Below, piece after piece: positions 21,379 to 31,010 of a DNA stretch of 64,000 nucleotides (positions are counted from its first letter, which is position 1; every line of letters starts with the position of its first letter). A program made the position numbers and the translations under genes. The stretch is from Leptolyngbyaceae cyanobacterium. Its GTDB lineage: Bacteria > Cyanobacteriota > Cyanobacteriia > Phormidesmidales > Phormidesmidaceae. Below the pieces are notes generated by a model. That model saw nothing but the letters and a program-made list of their open reading frames with translations. It was not told the origin of the DNA and did not search any database. The DNA lies in NCBI GenBank assembly GCA_965263355.1, contig CBDHHL010000056.1, forward strand, positions 1,472,001 to 1,536,000, read 5' to 3'.

Positions 21379-21620
21379 TATTTAACGAATAGTCAGGATT
21401 CTCGCTACGACGAGCAGCCTATAATTGCTCTTTATTTTTTTTCAGAAAAGTTGCAGTGAAAATATTAAGGTATGTTCCTCTAAGGGGAATAATGATTATA
21501 AGCACAAGCAGACTAATGTTAGGACTTTAAACCATGTTCAGGTCGAGCCCTTGAGTTTTCTCTGCGAAAAAATCAAGGGCTCCGTTTAACTAAGGTTACA
21601 GCATATTTAAGGCAGAAAAC

Positions 21621-22928
21621 ATGCTAAACGGGGTGAATATTTTAGTCGTTGATGATATGCTTACCAACTTAGAGATCGTTACAGATACGTTAACGTCTCA
21701 AGGGTATACAGTGGCTACGGCAATCAGCGGTGAGCGAGCCCTAAAACGCCTGCAAAAAAATATCCCAGGCCTGATTTTGCTAGATGTGCAGATGCCAGGA
21801 ATTGATGGGTTTGAAACCTGTCGTCAAATTAAGGAAAATCCAGACCTGGCCCATATTCCCATTATTTTCTTAACAGCGATGACCGATACAGACAGTGTCA
21901 TCAAAGGGTTCTCGCTGGGCGCAGTTGACTATATTACGAAACCTTTTCGTGAGGCAGAGCTACTTGCACGGGTAAAGACACATCTTAATCTCCAAGCTTT
22001 GACCCAGCATTTGGAAGACCAGGTTGTTGAGCGCACCTCTAAACTGCAACACGCATTGGAACAATTAGAACGCTCTAAAGTACAACTGATACAACAGGAA
22101 AAAATGTCTGCTTTGGGGCAATTGGTTGCAGGTGTAGCCCATGAAATTAATAATCCTGTTAACTTTATTCATGGCAATCTGCCCCATGTAAAAGAACATG
22201 CTCACAATTTACTTGCCTTTGTAAATCTATATCAGAAGCTATACCCAGAGCCAAGGCAGGAAATTGAGGATGTAGCAGAGGAATTGGATATAGGGTTTGT
22301 CAAAAGCGATCTCCCTAACATTCTAGATTCCATGAAAATAGGGACTGAACGAATTCGCCAAATTGTGTTGTCACTTCGCAACTTTTCACGCATCGATGAA
22401 GCTGATTTCAAAGCTGTTGATATTCATCATGGGATTGACAGTACGCTGATGATTTTGCAACTGCGACTGAAAGCGAAGCCAGAACGTCCAGCGATTCAAG
22501 TTATTCGTGATTATAGTAATCTACCTCAAGTAGACTGCTATCCAGGGCAACTTAACCAAGTGTTTATGAATATCTTCGCCAATGCGATTGATGCATTGGA
22601 AGCAGCTAGTGCCTGTAAAACTTTTCAAGAAATTAATAGAAGTCCTAATCAGATCACCATTCGGACATCAGTGCTCAATTCACAATGGATAAAGATTTCA
22701 ATCTCAGACAACGGAATAGGTATGCCTAAGTCTGTTCAAACTCGTATCTTTGAACCTTTCTTTACAACCAAACCTGTTGGACAGGGAACAGGTATGGGAC
22801 TGTCCATCAGCTATCAGATTATCACTGAGCAACATTTTGGTAAGTTAGATTGCGTCTCAATACCTGATGAGGGCACAGAGTTCATGATTCAAATTCCTGT
22901 TTCGCAATCAAGTACTAAAGTATCCTAG
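21621..22928 (+). CDS. REC-histidine kinase (N-terminal receiver, NtrB-like kinase)
   Basis: ILVVDD, LLDVQMPGIDG, DYITKPF; GVAHEINNP, LNQVFMNI..NAIDA, FFTTKPVGQGTGMGL. Confidence 0.93.
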   Translation: MLNGVNILVVDDMLTNLEIVTDTLTSQGYTVATAISGERALKRLQKNIPGLILLDVQMPGIDGFETCRQIKENPDLAHIPIIFLTAMTDTDSVIKGFSLGAVDYITKPFREAELLARVKTHLNLQALTQHLEDQVVERTSKLQHALEQLERSKVQLIQQEKMSALGQLVAGVAHEINNPVNFIHGNLPHVKEHAHNLLAFVNLYQKLYPEPRQEIEDVAEELDIGFVKSDLPNILDSMKIGTERIRQIVLSLRNFSRIDEADFKAVDIHHGIDSTLMILQLRLKAKPERPAIQVIRDYSNLPQVDCYPGQLNQVFMNIFANAIDALEAASACKTFQEINRSPNQITIRTSVLNSQWIKISISDNGIGMPKSVQTRIFEPFFTTKPVGQGTGMGLSISYQIITEQHFGKLDCVSIPDEGTEFMIQIPVSQSSTKVS

Positions 22929-23100
22929 CAAACCGGTTTATCGCTGACTTAAGCTTGAGCACGCTTGACGACTAAGCTCCTGGTCAATACCTGCTCTACT
23001 AGAATTCCTTGCTGGACTTCGATAACTAAATAGTAGTTAGAGTTAGAGTTTATCTGAGACTGATTGGGGGGTCTTTAAATTTTTCATTCCCTTATGAGGC

Positions 23101-23116
23101 TGTGATCTCACTCACA
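23101..23116. promoter_or_regulatory. CRP (SyCRP1)-type site
   Basis: Perfect TGTGA-N6-TCACA, 20 bp upstream of TATAGT (23137-23142). Confidence 0.7.
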
Positions 23117-23148
23117 AACTAAGAAAAATTGATGGCTATAGTAAGGGA

Positions 23149-23290
23149 GTTCGAGATTACAACTTAACTACACCCGTGTAAATCACACTGGAGTAGCGTA
23201 GTCTCATAGACAACACCCTCTATAATTTAACTCTCTATATCTAAACCGAAGCCCTCCATGCGCATTAGTGTTTGGGGGGCTTCTTATATT
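23149..23290 (+). ncRNA. Candidate sRNA A1
   Basis: Upstream promoter, 5' stem-loops, CTCATAGACAA, TATATCTAAACC and terminator GAAGCCCTCCA...TGGGGGGCTTC; paralog at 23437-23627; ends estimated. Confidence 0.6.
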
Positions 23291-23388
23291 CAAGAGAAAT
23301 CAGCGTCGTCAGGAAAAATTAGTAGTCTCTATTAATAACACTATATTTCGTTCTAAGTTCTGACATCCAGCGTAAAGAGTCCCCATGC

Positions 23389-23404
23389 TGTGATCATCGA
23401 CACA
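23389..23404. promoter_or_regulatory. CRP-type site (one mismatch)
   Basis: TGTGA-TCATCG-ACACA followed by the same CTAAGAAAAATTGA block as copy A1. Confidence 0.6.
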
Positions 23405-23436
23405 CTCTAAGAAAAATTGACGCTTATGTAAGCAGA

Positions 23437-23627
23437 CATTAGGGTTACGTTCTCAGGAGATGTACTTACCTCATCTCAGCGTATGGTGAACTCATAGACA
23501 AAAACGCTATTGCATAACTTCCTATCACGAACCCTATACCTAAGTAGACAGAATACTGTATTACTTAACCCCTTATATCTAAACCAAAGTCCCGATAATC
23601 GTTAGCGGTTACCGGGACTTCATATAT
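23437..23627 (+). ncRNA. Candidate sRNA A2 (paralog of A1)
   Basis: CTCATAGACAA (23491-23501), TATATCTAAACC (23574-23585), terminator AAGTCCCGATAATCG-TTAG-CGGTTACCGGGACTT; ends estimated. Confidence 0.6.
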
Positions 23628-23905
23628 GGCACATAACCCTATCATTACATGAGTGCCCATTGCAGACTCCGCTAATCACCCCTGAGTTCCTACTTCTGTA
23701 ATCTAGATGCCTATCTAACCATAATTTTCCGGCTTAAGTTCGGACCTTTTTTAGCTAAGAATTTTCCAAATCTGGAAACATTATAATCATGACATAGTAA
23801 ACGGTGAGCAGCAACACAACAGAATGGAATGAAGATCACAAAACTCTCATTGGAATTGATTGCGAGACGATTGTTTCTATTGATAACAATTTAATTCCCT
23901 CTCTC

Positions 23906-23933
23906 GCCTCTACTAACATGGTAGAGGCTTTTT
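23906..23933 (+). terminator. Intrinsic terminator (+ orientation)
   Basis: GCCTCTAC-N7-GTAGAGGC-TTTTT. Confidence 0.7.
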
Positions 23934-23939
23934 CTTAAA

Positions 23940-25535
23940 CTATGCCTCAAACTGCCAACGAGCCATTAACTCTCGTAACCGATAGAATGCCTCTTTAGGA
24001 CGCAGCTTTTCGTCAAGCAACCCACCAAATGGCCAAAATACCCCTGCTTGGTCTGAAAAATCCCACCAAGAAACAGCTTGAATTGCAGGCTTACTATAGC
24101 AAAGGGTATAAAACTGCTCTAACCAATCGGCCTGAATCTCTTCACTCCAGGGAGCATGCCAGAGACCTCGCGTTTCCTTCAGAAAAGAATCCTCATCGGT
24201 ACCCGTTGCTGACGACACGCCTAGCTCAGTGATGTGAATCGGTTTACCCAACTGACTAAACCGATCTAAGAGACGATCAATTTCAAACATATCTTGCTGC
24301 GGATAGTAGAGCTGTAAGCCAATGATCTCGAAGGGAATCTCGGCTGCCAGACAAGCTTTAAGATATTGATAAGGGCTCCTTGATGGCCAATTCGTATCAT
24401 AGGCAACTCGCTCAGCCCAGGGACAACAACTATTGAGAAGTCGTTTTACCTCAGGAAAACCAGCTGCAGCAGCGCGCACGGCAACATTAGTAATTTCCAG
24501 AAATTGTTCAGGAGAGTAACCCAACTGATTAGCAAAACGGATACCGTTTCCCTCATTAACAACATCGTAATAGGGAATGCGGCTTTGGTAGTGAGCTGTA
24601 ATATCTCTTACCCGTCGCTGGATATGGTCAAGCACTACATTATAAGGTTTAGGGCGCAACCAGTTGGGGATACCAATTTCATGAAACCAGACTAGGGGGT
24701 GCCCCTTAGGTATAATACTGGCCTGCGATAACCACTTAACAGCATCATTCACTTTCCCATAGTTAGGTTTGCCTGCTTCAGCTTCAACCTGTCGCCAATA
24801 AAAGGGTACGGTGGCAAAGTTAAACAATTCCTGAAAACGATGGTTGTACTTATCACCTGCCTGGGGATAGCGAAAAAAGTTACACCCCCATAGAAAATCT
24901 GGCCGTAATGGCTGATATTGAATTTGTTGTTGAGCCTTAGCAACAGCAGCTTCTTCCCCTGCCCATAAACTTTCCACCAATGATTCATTACACCAACTGG
25001 CCATAGCAAAATCAGTATCGGCAGACTCTGCCTTTTGTAAGGCAGTTCTGGCTTTACCTAAACGTGCCTCAATCTTGTGGGAAAATAAAAAGCCACTGGT
25101 TTGCCAATGCTGTAGAGTATTTTTAACCCGATGTAGACGCGACTGGGCAAATGCCAGATTAAGATTTAGGGGGCAATTTTCTGGGGTATAGCCTAATCCC
25201 TGATTATCGGCATATAACGTGACTTCACCAAAGCCTTTTACCGGCAAGCGTAGGGCCACCATAAAAGGGATCGTAGCTGGCGGTTCGGACCATAGACTAC
25301 CTGTCTCAACCTGGCGCATTGGATTGGGTAAAGGCTCGTCCTGCAAATCTAAAAAATACAGCTGATTAAAGGTCTTAGTCCCTAAGGGATGACCGTCTGG
25401 TAACCAGGCCTGAAATAAACAGTTATTGCTCTCAGATGGCAATCTTTGTGCGCTTGAAGAAAGGGTGGTTGCTACCATGGCGATACCACCAGTCAACTGT
25501 AAAAAAGTTCGTCGTTCCATAGTCATTGCTCTCAT
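23940..25535 (-). CDS. GH10 glycoside hydrolase (endo-1,4-beta-xylanase-like), Tat-exported
   Basis: ERRTFL twin-arginine signal; KGHPLVW, YDVVNE acid/base and IHITELG nucleophile motifs. Confidence 0.88.
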   Translation of the reverse strand: MRAMTMERRTFLQLTGGIAMVATTLSSSAQRLPSESNNCLFQAWLPDGHPLGTKTFNQLYFLDLQDEPLPNPMRQVETGSLWSEPPATIPFMVALRLPVKGFGEVTLYADNQGLGYTPENCPLNLNLAFAQSRLHRVKNTLQHWQTSGFLFSHKIEARLGKARTALQKAESADTDFAMASWCNESLVESLWAGEEAAVAKAQQQIQYQPLRPDFLWGCNFFRYPQAGDKYNHRFQELFNFATVPFYWRQVEAEAGKPNYGKVNDAVKWLSQASIIPKGHPLVWFHEIGIPNWLRPKPYNVVLDHIQRRVRDITAHYQSRIPYYDVVNEGNGIRFANQLGYSPEQFLEITNVAVRAAAAGFPEVKRLLNSCCPWAERVAYDTNWPSRSPYQYLKACLAAEIPFEIIGLQLYYPQQDMFEIDRLLDRFSQLGKPIHITELGVSSATGTDEDSFLKETRGLWHAPWSEEIQADWLEQFYTLCYSKPAIQAVSWWDFSDQAGVFWPFGGLLDEKLRPKEAFYRLRELMARWQFEA

Positions 25536-26043
25536 CTCTCTCCTAATCTTTTAGACAGCACAAACCACACCCCTGGCCTCAATGTCAGGTTTTTTTTAAG
25601 CCACCAGGATAACTCACAGAGAGTGCCCTGACTCGGTAAAGATTCGCGGCGAAACTGCCCCTCAAGACGTTGCACTAATGTAGGCCGCTGACCAGCCATT
25701 AGCATAGAAACAGGTGTTTGTAGACCGCAACCGTTATCCTGAACAGTCAAAAAATAGTACTCGTCAGACAGTTTCCCAATCGCTTTGATACGAGTTGTCC
25801 CCACGACATGTTTACCTCGGTGCAACGGTCGGTGCAATGGATTCAGAATAAACTTCAAGTGATAGCAATTCTGGCAGGTCCACAGGGGGTGACGAAGTTT
25901 TTACAGACGTGTAAAGAACAGGATCTAGCCAGTCTGGCGTGTGTTGATTGGGCTAGGGGGAAGTCTCTCTACTGAGTTTGATGTGGAAGATGCAGTTTAC
26001 CCGATATTTCAAACGCGATTGCCCCGAATGGGGCTACTAAACC
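25532..26043 (-). pseudogene. 3' remnant of a sensor histidine kinase (HATPase end, CHASE2-kinase-like)
   Basis: RDFP, GKHVVGTTRI, LTVQDNGCGL, GQFRRESLPSQGTLCELSW; stops and frameshifts upstream; cut at the IS end. Confidence 0.6.
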
Positions 26044-26548
26044 GGCACTGGTTCCGCATGACGGGATTCCGTAAAGCCTCTTTATACATAGCTTAGGGGA
26101 TAATAGACTCACTAAAACGAATGTGTCTATCTGGGGTGTTATGGACCTACTATTATCGCATCGGTGTCCATTGTGTGGGGAAGAAGAATCGGTTCAGGTT
26201 CATAGTCGGTATCCCACGAAGAGCAATGGTATGCGAACAATCTATCGTTGCCGTTATTGTGACATCTACTACAGTGAAACCTTTGGTAGTGCGGACGACG
26301 TAATGCGGCCTTTCGGCGTAAAACCAATCCCTATGCGAAAGCTCAAAAGCATTTGCAACGAACCTTGGAGGTCTTTTGGTTAATCCACAACTTTGTGCGG
26401 GTCCATTTCACCACCAAACAGGTACCTGCTGTCCGCATAGGGATTTTGGAAAAGGGACTCTCATGGTCACAGTTGTTATCGATTCGATATGCTGTTTAAC
26501 TATTATCACGCAAAGGATATAGACTTCCCATCTGACGGAACCAGTGTC
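26044..26548 (+). mobile_element. Internally deleted IS1-family-like element (505 bp)
   Basis: Terminal inverted repeats GGCACTGGTTCCG..GACGGGA / TCCCATC..CGGAACCAGTGTC; N-terminal Zn ribbon CPLC..YRCRYC..YSET joined to C-terminal HNFVRVHFTTKQVPAV..GILE.GLSW. Confidence 0.8.
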
Positions 26549-26550
26549 GG

Positions 26551-26772
26551 CTCAGAGTTGTTGCTAATAAAGATTGTCTTGATAACAATCCTGCGGCTAG
26601 GCGTTGGTTTGAACTAGTTCAAGTATCGGTTGCAGTCATGAACAAGCAAAGCTTACAGGTTTATGAAGGGGCTGATAGTGAAGAAGAGGTTATCCGCTAG
26701 GTTCAGGAGTGGACTGTAGCTAATCAAGACCTGCTTGATAGTTAGTTGGCTGATGCAAAAATAGCTTTTTAG
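26551..26772 (+). pseudogene. 3' remnant of glycine betaine/proline ABC substrate-binding protein (ProX-like)
   Basis: LRVVANKDCLDNNPAARRWFELVQVSVAVMNKQSLQVYEGADSEEEVIR*VQEWTVANQDLLDS*LADAKIAF*; two internal stops; starts right at the IS end. Confidence 0.75.
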
Positions 26773-27829
26773 AAGAGATAGATCTTCAGTATTTAGAACA
26801 TGCCTTCATTCATTGTTGTCACTCTGTTTACCCATTTGAATGACAAACACGTGGTATGTATGACTGGGTATTACTGCGGGAAAGGAGACTCTAACGTAGA
26901 CATAGTGATTGACCTTATTTGATGCCTGTGCATGTTCTTTAATAAGGTTTTTGACAAGTCACTTGAGGTTGTTGAAATGTAAGGTTTTTTTGAAGAATCA
27001 GCTACACATTAAAAAGCTACTGTAAACAGTTCATACTTTACATACATTTTTTCACAGCGATGTTTTATCTATCTTGCATACCTAATAATTAGGTTTATTA
27101 CTTAGGATAATTAGGTCTATTACGTAGAAAGAAGTATGTGCTTCATCTGATATATTCAGCAAATGTATACACATTGTGAAAGCATTGTGAAAGTCATCAG
27201 CGTGTATCTAGCTATCGGGAGGTGAGTCTGTCGTAATGAGTGATTTGGCAATACTAAATGCGTAAAAATGCGGCTTAAGTTAAGCATCTTTGAAGCCTAA
27301 GCTGCTTAACTTAAGGGCCCTCAATGATTGCACCTGGCAAATGCACAAGCCACACTAAACTGCAACCGTTATATAGTTGAATTTATTGGTTTTGTAATAG
27401 GAAACTATTTTTAGAAATTCGAAGTCTATAAATCAAACAGGTCAGTTATCAATACAGTGTTTTTTCGGTTTTTTCGTAAAGGCTGTTTGATTGTGGCAGT
27501 AGTAATAACGATGACAGTGTGGAAGCGCTTATCTGGTCATGTTTGGGGACTATATTGATTCTGCTAATTGGGTACTAGAGGGCTCGTCTCATCGGTTCTT
27601 TATTATCTGATTAAGTTTAGTCGATGAGTTAGGGCCAGCCACGGAGAGGGGATAGCTTCGGTGGTATAACACTATAAGAATAGTTGTTCAAGTGTTATCT
27701 CCTTTCACTGTCAGTCTTTTGGTTGATAGGTAGGTTGTTTCTTTTGTAGAACATTGAATGACGCTTCTTGTCTTCAGCCTTAGTTGTGAGTGTTTTGTAT
27801 TAGTAGTAAGGTAGCCTTCTAGAAAAATC

Positions 27830-28672
27830 ATGCAATACCAAGCATCAGTCGTCTCTTCAGGCCAAAAAATAAAGGAATCCTATTCAAGTTTATCGACTCT
27901 GGCTACCAGCAAAGCTGCTACAGTCAATATTCTGGATGTTGAAATTGACAACCTTACTCGAGAAGAGCTGTTAGCGCGTTTAGATGCCGATGGTGGAGTT
28001 GTTGTGACTCCTAATGTAGATCATTTGATGAAGCTTCAGCATGATGCGGAGTTTCGTGAGGTGTATGATGCTGTCGACTTTCGTGTCTGCGACAGTAAAA
28101 TCTTGATGTACGCAGCACAGTTTTTGGGCACGCCAATTTGTGATAAGATCTCGGGCTCTGATTTATTGCCCTGGTTCTGTGATTACCATCGCAACAATCC
28201 TGAAGTCAAAATTTATATGCTGGGTGCGGCTCCTGGAGTTGCCAAGCTAGCTCAACAGCGCATTAATCAGCGAATTGGTCGCGAGATTATTGTTGAGGCG
28301 CACTCGCCCACATACGGCTTTGAGAAAAGTCCTGAAGAATGTGAAGCAATTGTGGACCATATTCGTGCTTCATCCGCTAATGTACTTGTGGTTGGTGTTG
28401 GAGCACCCAAACAGGAGAAGTGGATTGTCAAGCACAGAGAGAAGCTACCCAACATTAAAACGTTTTTGGCAGTTGGTGCAGCGATTGACTTTGAGGCCGG
28501 TCATAAGCCTCGTTCTCCTGAGTTTGTCACTGACCTTGGTTTGGAGTGGCTATATAGAACCATGTCTGAGCCCAAACGGTTGTGGAAGCGTTATTTGATT
28601 GAAGATATGCCTTTCTTCGGCTTAGTGTTTCAGCAGTGGTTGGCTGCTAGAAAGTCTGGCAAATCAGCATAA
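27830..28672 (+). CDS. WecB/TagA/CpsF-family glycosyltransferase
   Basis: VVTPNVDH, ISGSDL, VGVGAPKQEKWI, VGAAIDF, GLEWLYR..EPKRLWKRY. Confidence 0.93.
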   Translation: MQYQASVVSSGQKIKESYSSLSTLATSKAATVNILDVEIDNLTREELLARLDADGGVVVTPNVDHLMKLQHDAEFREVYDAVDFRVCDSKILMYAAQFLGTPICDKISGSDLLPWFCDYHRNNPEVKIYMLGAAPGVAKLAQQRINQRIGREIIVEAHSPTYGFEKSPEECEAIVDHIRASSANVLVVGVGAPKQEKWIVKHREKLPNIKTFLAVGAAIDFEAGHKPRSPEFVTDLGLEWLYRTMSEPKRLWKRYLIEDMPFFGLVFQQWLAARKSGKSA

Positions 28673-28740
28673 GACTTGGGCATCTGGTAGTTTGAAGGCT
28701 ACAACTATCTGCTGGCGAAGTCCACAAGCTATTACTATCG

Positions 28741-28777
28741 GAGCCCTTGGATGTTTTAATCATCTGGGGGCTTTTTT
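28741..28777 (+). terminator. Intrinsic terminator
   Basis: GAGCCCTTGGATG...CATCTGGGGGCTTTTTT. Confidence 0.65.
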
Positions 28778-28868
28778 AAGTTAAGTCCTGCTTAAAAACG
28801 ACATCCCCCATGGGATGACAGGGGACAGTTAAACAAGGAACCTTACCGTTCCCTTTGTATTCTTTGCA

Positions 28869-30035
28869 TTGGCTATGGGACAGACAGCAAAAAATATTGG
28901 CATTATTGGTGGCGGCCAGTTGGCTTGGATGATGGCTCATGGGGCCAAAAAACTGGGTTTGAGCTTGACTATACAAACTCCCAATCAGTCAGATCCCGCT
29001 GTTACTATCGCTGATCACTTGGTCTTGGGGGCAGTAGCTGATACTCAGGCAACCGCAAAACTGGCGACTCAGTGTGATGTCATCAGCTTTGAAAATGAGT
29101 TTATCGATCTCCATGCCCTAAAAATCCTTGAACAGCAAGGTACTCAGTTTTACCCTGAACTACGCTGTTTAGAACCTTTATTGGATAAGTACGATCAGCG
29201 CCTCTACTGCCAGTGTCTGGGGCTGCCATCTCCAAAGTTTGCCACCTTAGATTCAGAGGCTGACTTATCTAAGCTAGAAGCAAGTGTTGCTGCGGTAGGT
29301 TTGCCGTTGGCGCTTAAAACGCGTCGCCATGGCTATGACGGTCAAGGTACCTTTATCTTGAAAGATCTGGATACGGTGCGGATGACTTGGTCACAGTTGG
29401 GATATCAGCCTATTTTGCTAGAGACGTTTGTCTCCTTTGAACAAGAACTAGCGATTATGGCAGCACGCTCCCAAACGGGAGAAATCGCGCTATATCCTGT
29501 GGTCGAATCCCAACAAATCGACCAGGTTTGTCGCCGAGTAATTGCACCTGCTGATATTAGCGACGAAGTCCAGCAACAGGTTGCTCACATAGCCACTACT
29601 CTGCTGACTAGATTGGATGTTGTCGGGATTTTTGGTATCGAATTATTTTTAACCGCTGACAACCAGGTCTTGATCAACGAAATTGCTCCACGTACTCATA
29701 ACTCAGGCCACTATACCCTCGATGCTTGCGTGACATCGCAGTTTGAACAACAGCTGCGGGCAGTCAGTGGATTATCCCTGGGACCAGCTGAACTCAGATG
29801 CTCCCAGGCAGTGATGGTTAATTTGCTTGGCTTTGAAACGGCTACCTCAGACTATGAAGCTAAACGGGAGGCTTTATCAGCACTGCCGAATGTCCATCTC
29901 TATTGGTACGGCAAAACCGAATCTCGTCCAGGAAGAAAACTAGGTCATGTGACAGTGACATGCGATCGCATCCTCAGCCGACATGAACTCAACCAATTAA
30001 TTCAGCAGGTGGAGACTCTTTGGTATGCCGAGTAG
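28869..30035 (+). CDS. purK: N5-carboxyaminoimidazole ribonucleotide synthase
   Basis: IGIIGGGQLAWM, GYDGQG, NEIAPRTHNSGH, SQFEQQLRA, RPGRKLGHV. Confidence 0.96.
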   Translation: MAMGQTAKNIGIIGGGQLAWMMAHGAKKLGLSLTIQTPNQSDPAVTIADHLVLGAVADTQATAKLATQCDVISFENEFIDLHALKILEQQGTQFYPELRCLEPLLDKYDQRLYCQCLGLPSPKFATLDSEADLSKLEASVAAVGLPLALKTRRHGYDGQGTFILKDLDTVRMTWSQLGYQPILLETFVSFEQELAIMAARSQTGEIALYPVVESQQIDQVCRRVIAPADISDEVQQQVAHIATTLLTRLDVVGIFGIELFLTADNQVLINEIAPRTHNSGHYTLDACVTSQFEQQLRAVSGLSLGPAELRCSQAVMVNLLGFETATSDYEAKREALSALPNVHLYWYGKTESRPGRKLGHVTVTCDRILSRHELNQLIQQVETLWYAE

Positions 30036-30241
30036 GGGGTTGCCCTTGTCCACGTCCAGGCCTGTAGTTTTGCCGTAGAGGAAACGCTAGGTTTCAACTC
30101 GGATGTGGTTTACCCTAAACCCTCCCTCCCTACATTTTTGAGTTCTATTTGAAATAATGATTGAGGTGGGGGAAATCGCTCAATCATCCCTATCGATCAA
30201 CCCCTGTCGATTTACCAGGACAGTTAGTTATGATGACTCTA

Positions 30242-30423
30242 GTTTCACTACGGCGTTGGTGACTGCCAACAATGTTTCTTGATCTATGCTTTTCACTTAA
30301 GGGCATCGAACAGATCCGCGGTGGCAGTATACCGGGCTTGTACCCGGAAACTTTAAACCGCGACTACGGGCCCACCTGGATTTTCCAGGTCAAAAACTGA
30401 GGTAAGACGGCGTTGCGGTGAAA
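30242..30423 (+). ncRNA. ssrS: 6S RNA (SsaA)
   Basis: About 180 nt whose ends pair (GTTTCACTACGGCGTT / GACGGCGTTGCGGTGAAAC); TATGAT -10 at 30229; typical cyanobacterial location downstream of purK. Confidence 0.88.
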
Positions 30424-30436
30424 CTTTTAAGATTTG

Positions 30437-30469
30437 AAAAGCTCTTGGTCTGTAGATCAAGAGCTTTTT
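30437..30469 (+). terminator. Terminator after 6S RNA
   Basis: AAAAGCTCTTG-N10-CAAGAGCTTTTT. Confidence 0.8.
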
Positions 30470-30533
30470 GCTGTGAGGGCGCACAATCCGGTAATATTAT
30501 TGATATTGTTAATGGGTACAAATATACTATCCC

Positions 30534-31010
30534 ATGGTTCAATACACGATTCCCCAAAGTCCTGAAGATGTATTGATTACCGTTTCTGGGCGTGATTCGG
30601 CTAAAGCCCGTGAAAAGGCAATGGATCAGCTGCTGGAAATGATGGGCGATGGTAAGCTAACGGCTGATTTAGATGACGGCTTTACCCCAAAGGATTTTAT
30701 TGAAGTGAAAGAACAAAAGACAGAGCCCACGGCTGAGGAAAACGCAATTGTTGATGCAGTCCAGGTTTTGAGTAACTTGGCAAACCTCAAGGTTAAGGTG
30801 CAGGGCTCCCGTAATGAAGCCCTAAAGGTCAGAGAATTGGTCGATCTACTCTTTACAGATGATGTTATCGAAGAAGAGCAGCTAGAGGAGTTAAAGAACG
30901 GCTTTAAGGTGCTCAAAACCTTTGCCCAAAGTAACCTGCGTTACCGTGATGCCCGTGCACAGGCAGAAGAAGCTCGTAAAGTTTTAGACGAGGCGCTGGG
31001 TAATGCTTAA
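30534..31010 (+). CDS. Conserved cyanobacterial hypothetical protein
   Basis: Long ORF with native codon usage; GRDSAKAREKAMDQL motif, helical. Confidence 0.75.
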   Translation: MVQYTIPQSPEDVLITVSGRDSAKAREKAMDQLLEMMGDGKLTADLDDGFTPKDFIEVKEQKTEPTAEENAIVDAVQVLSNLANLKVKVQGSRNEALKVRELVDLLFTDDVIEEEQLEELKNGFKVLKTFAQSNLRYRDARAQAEEARKVLDEALGNA

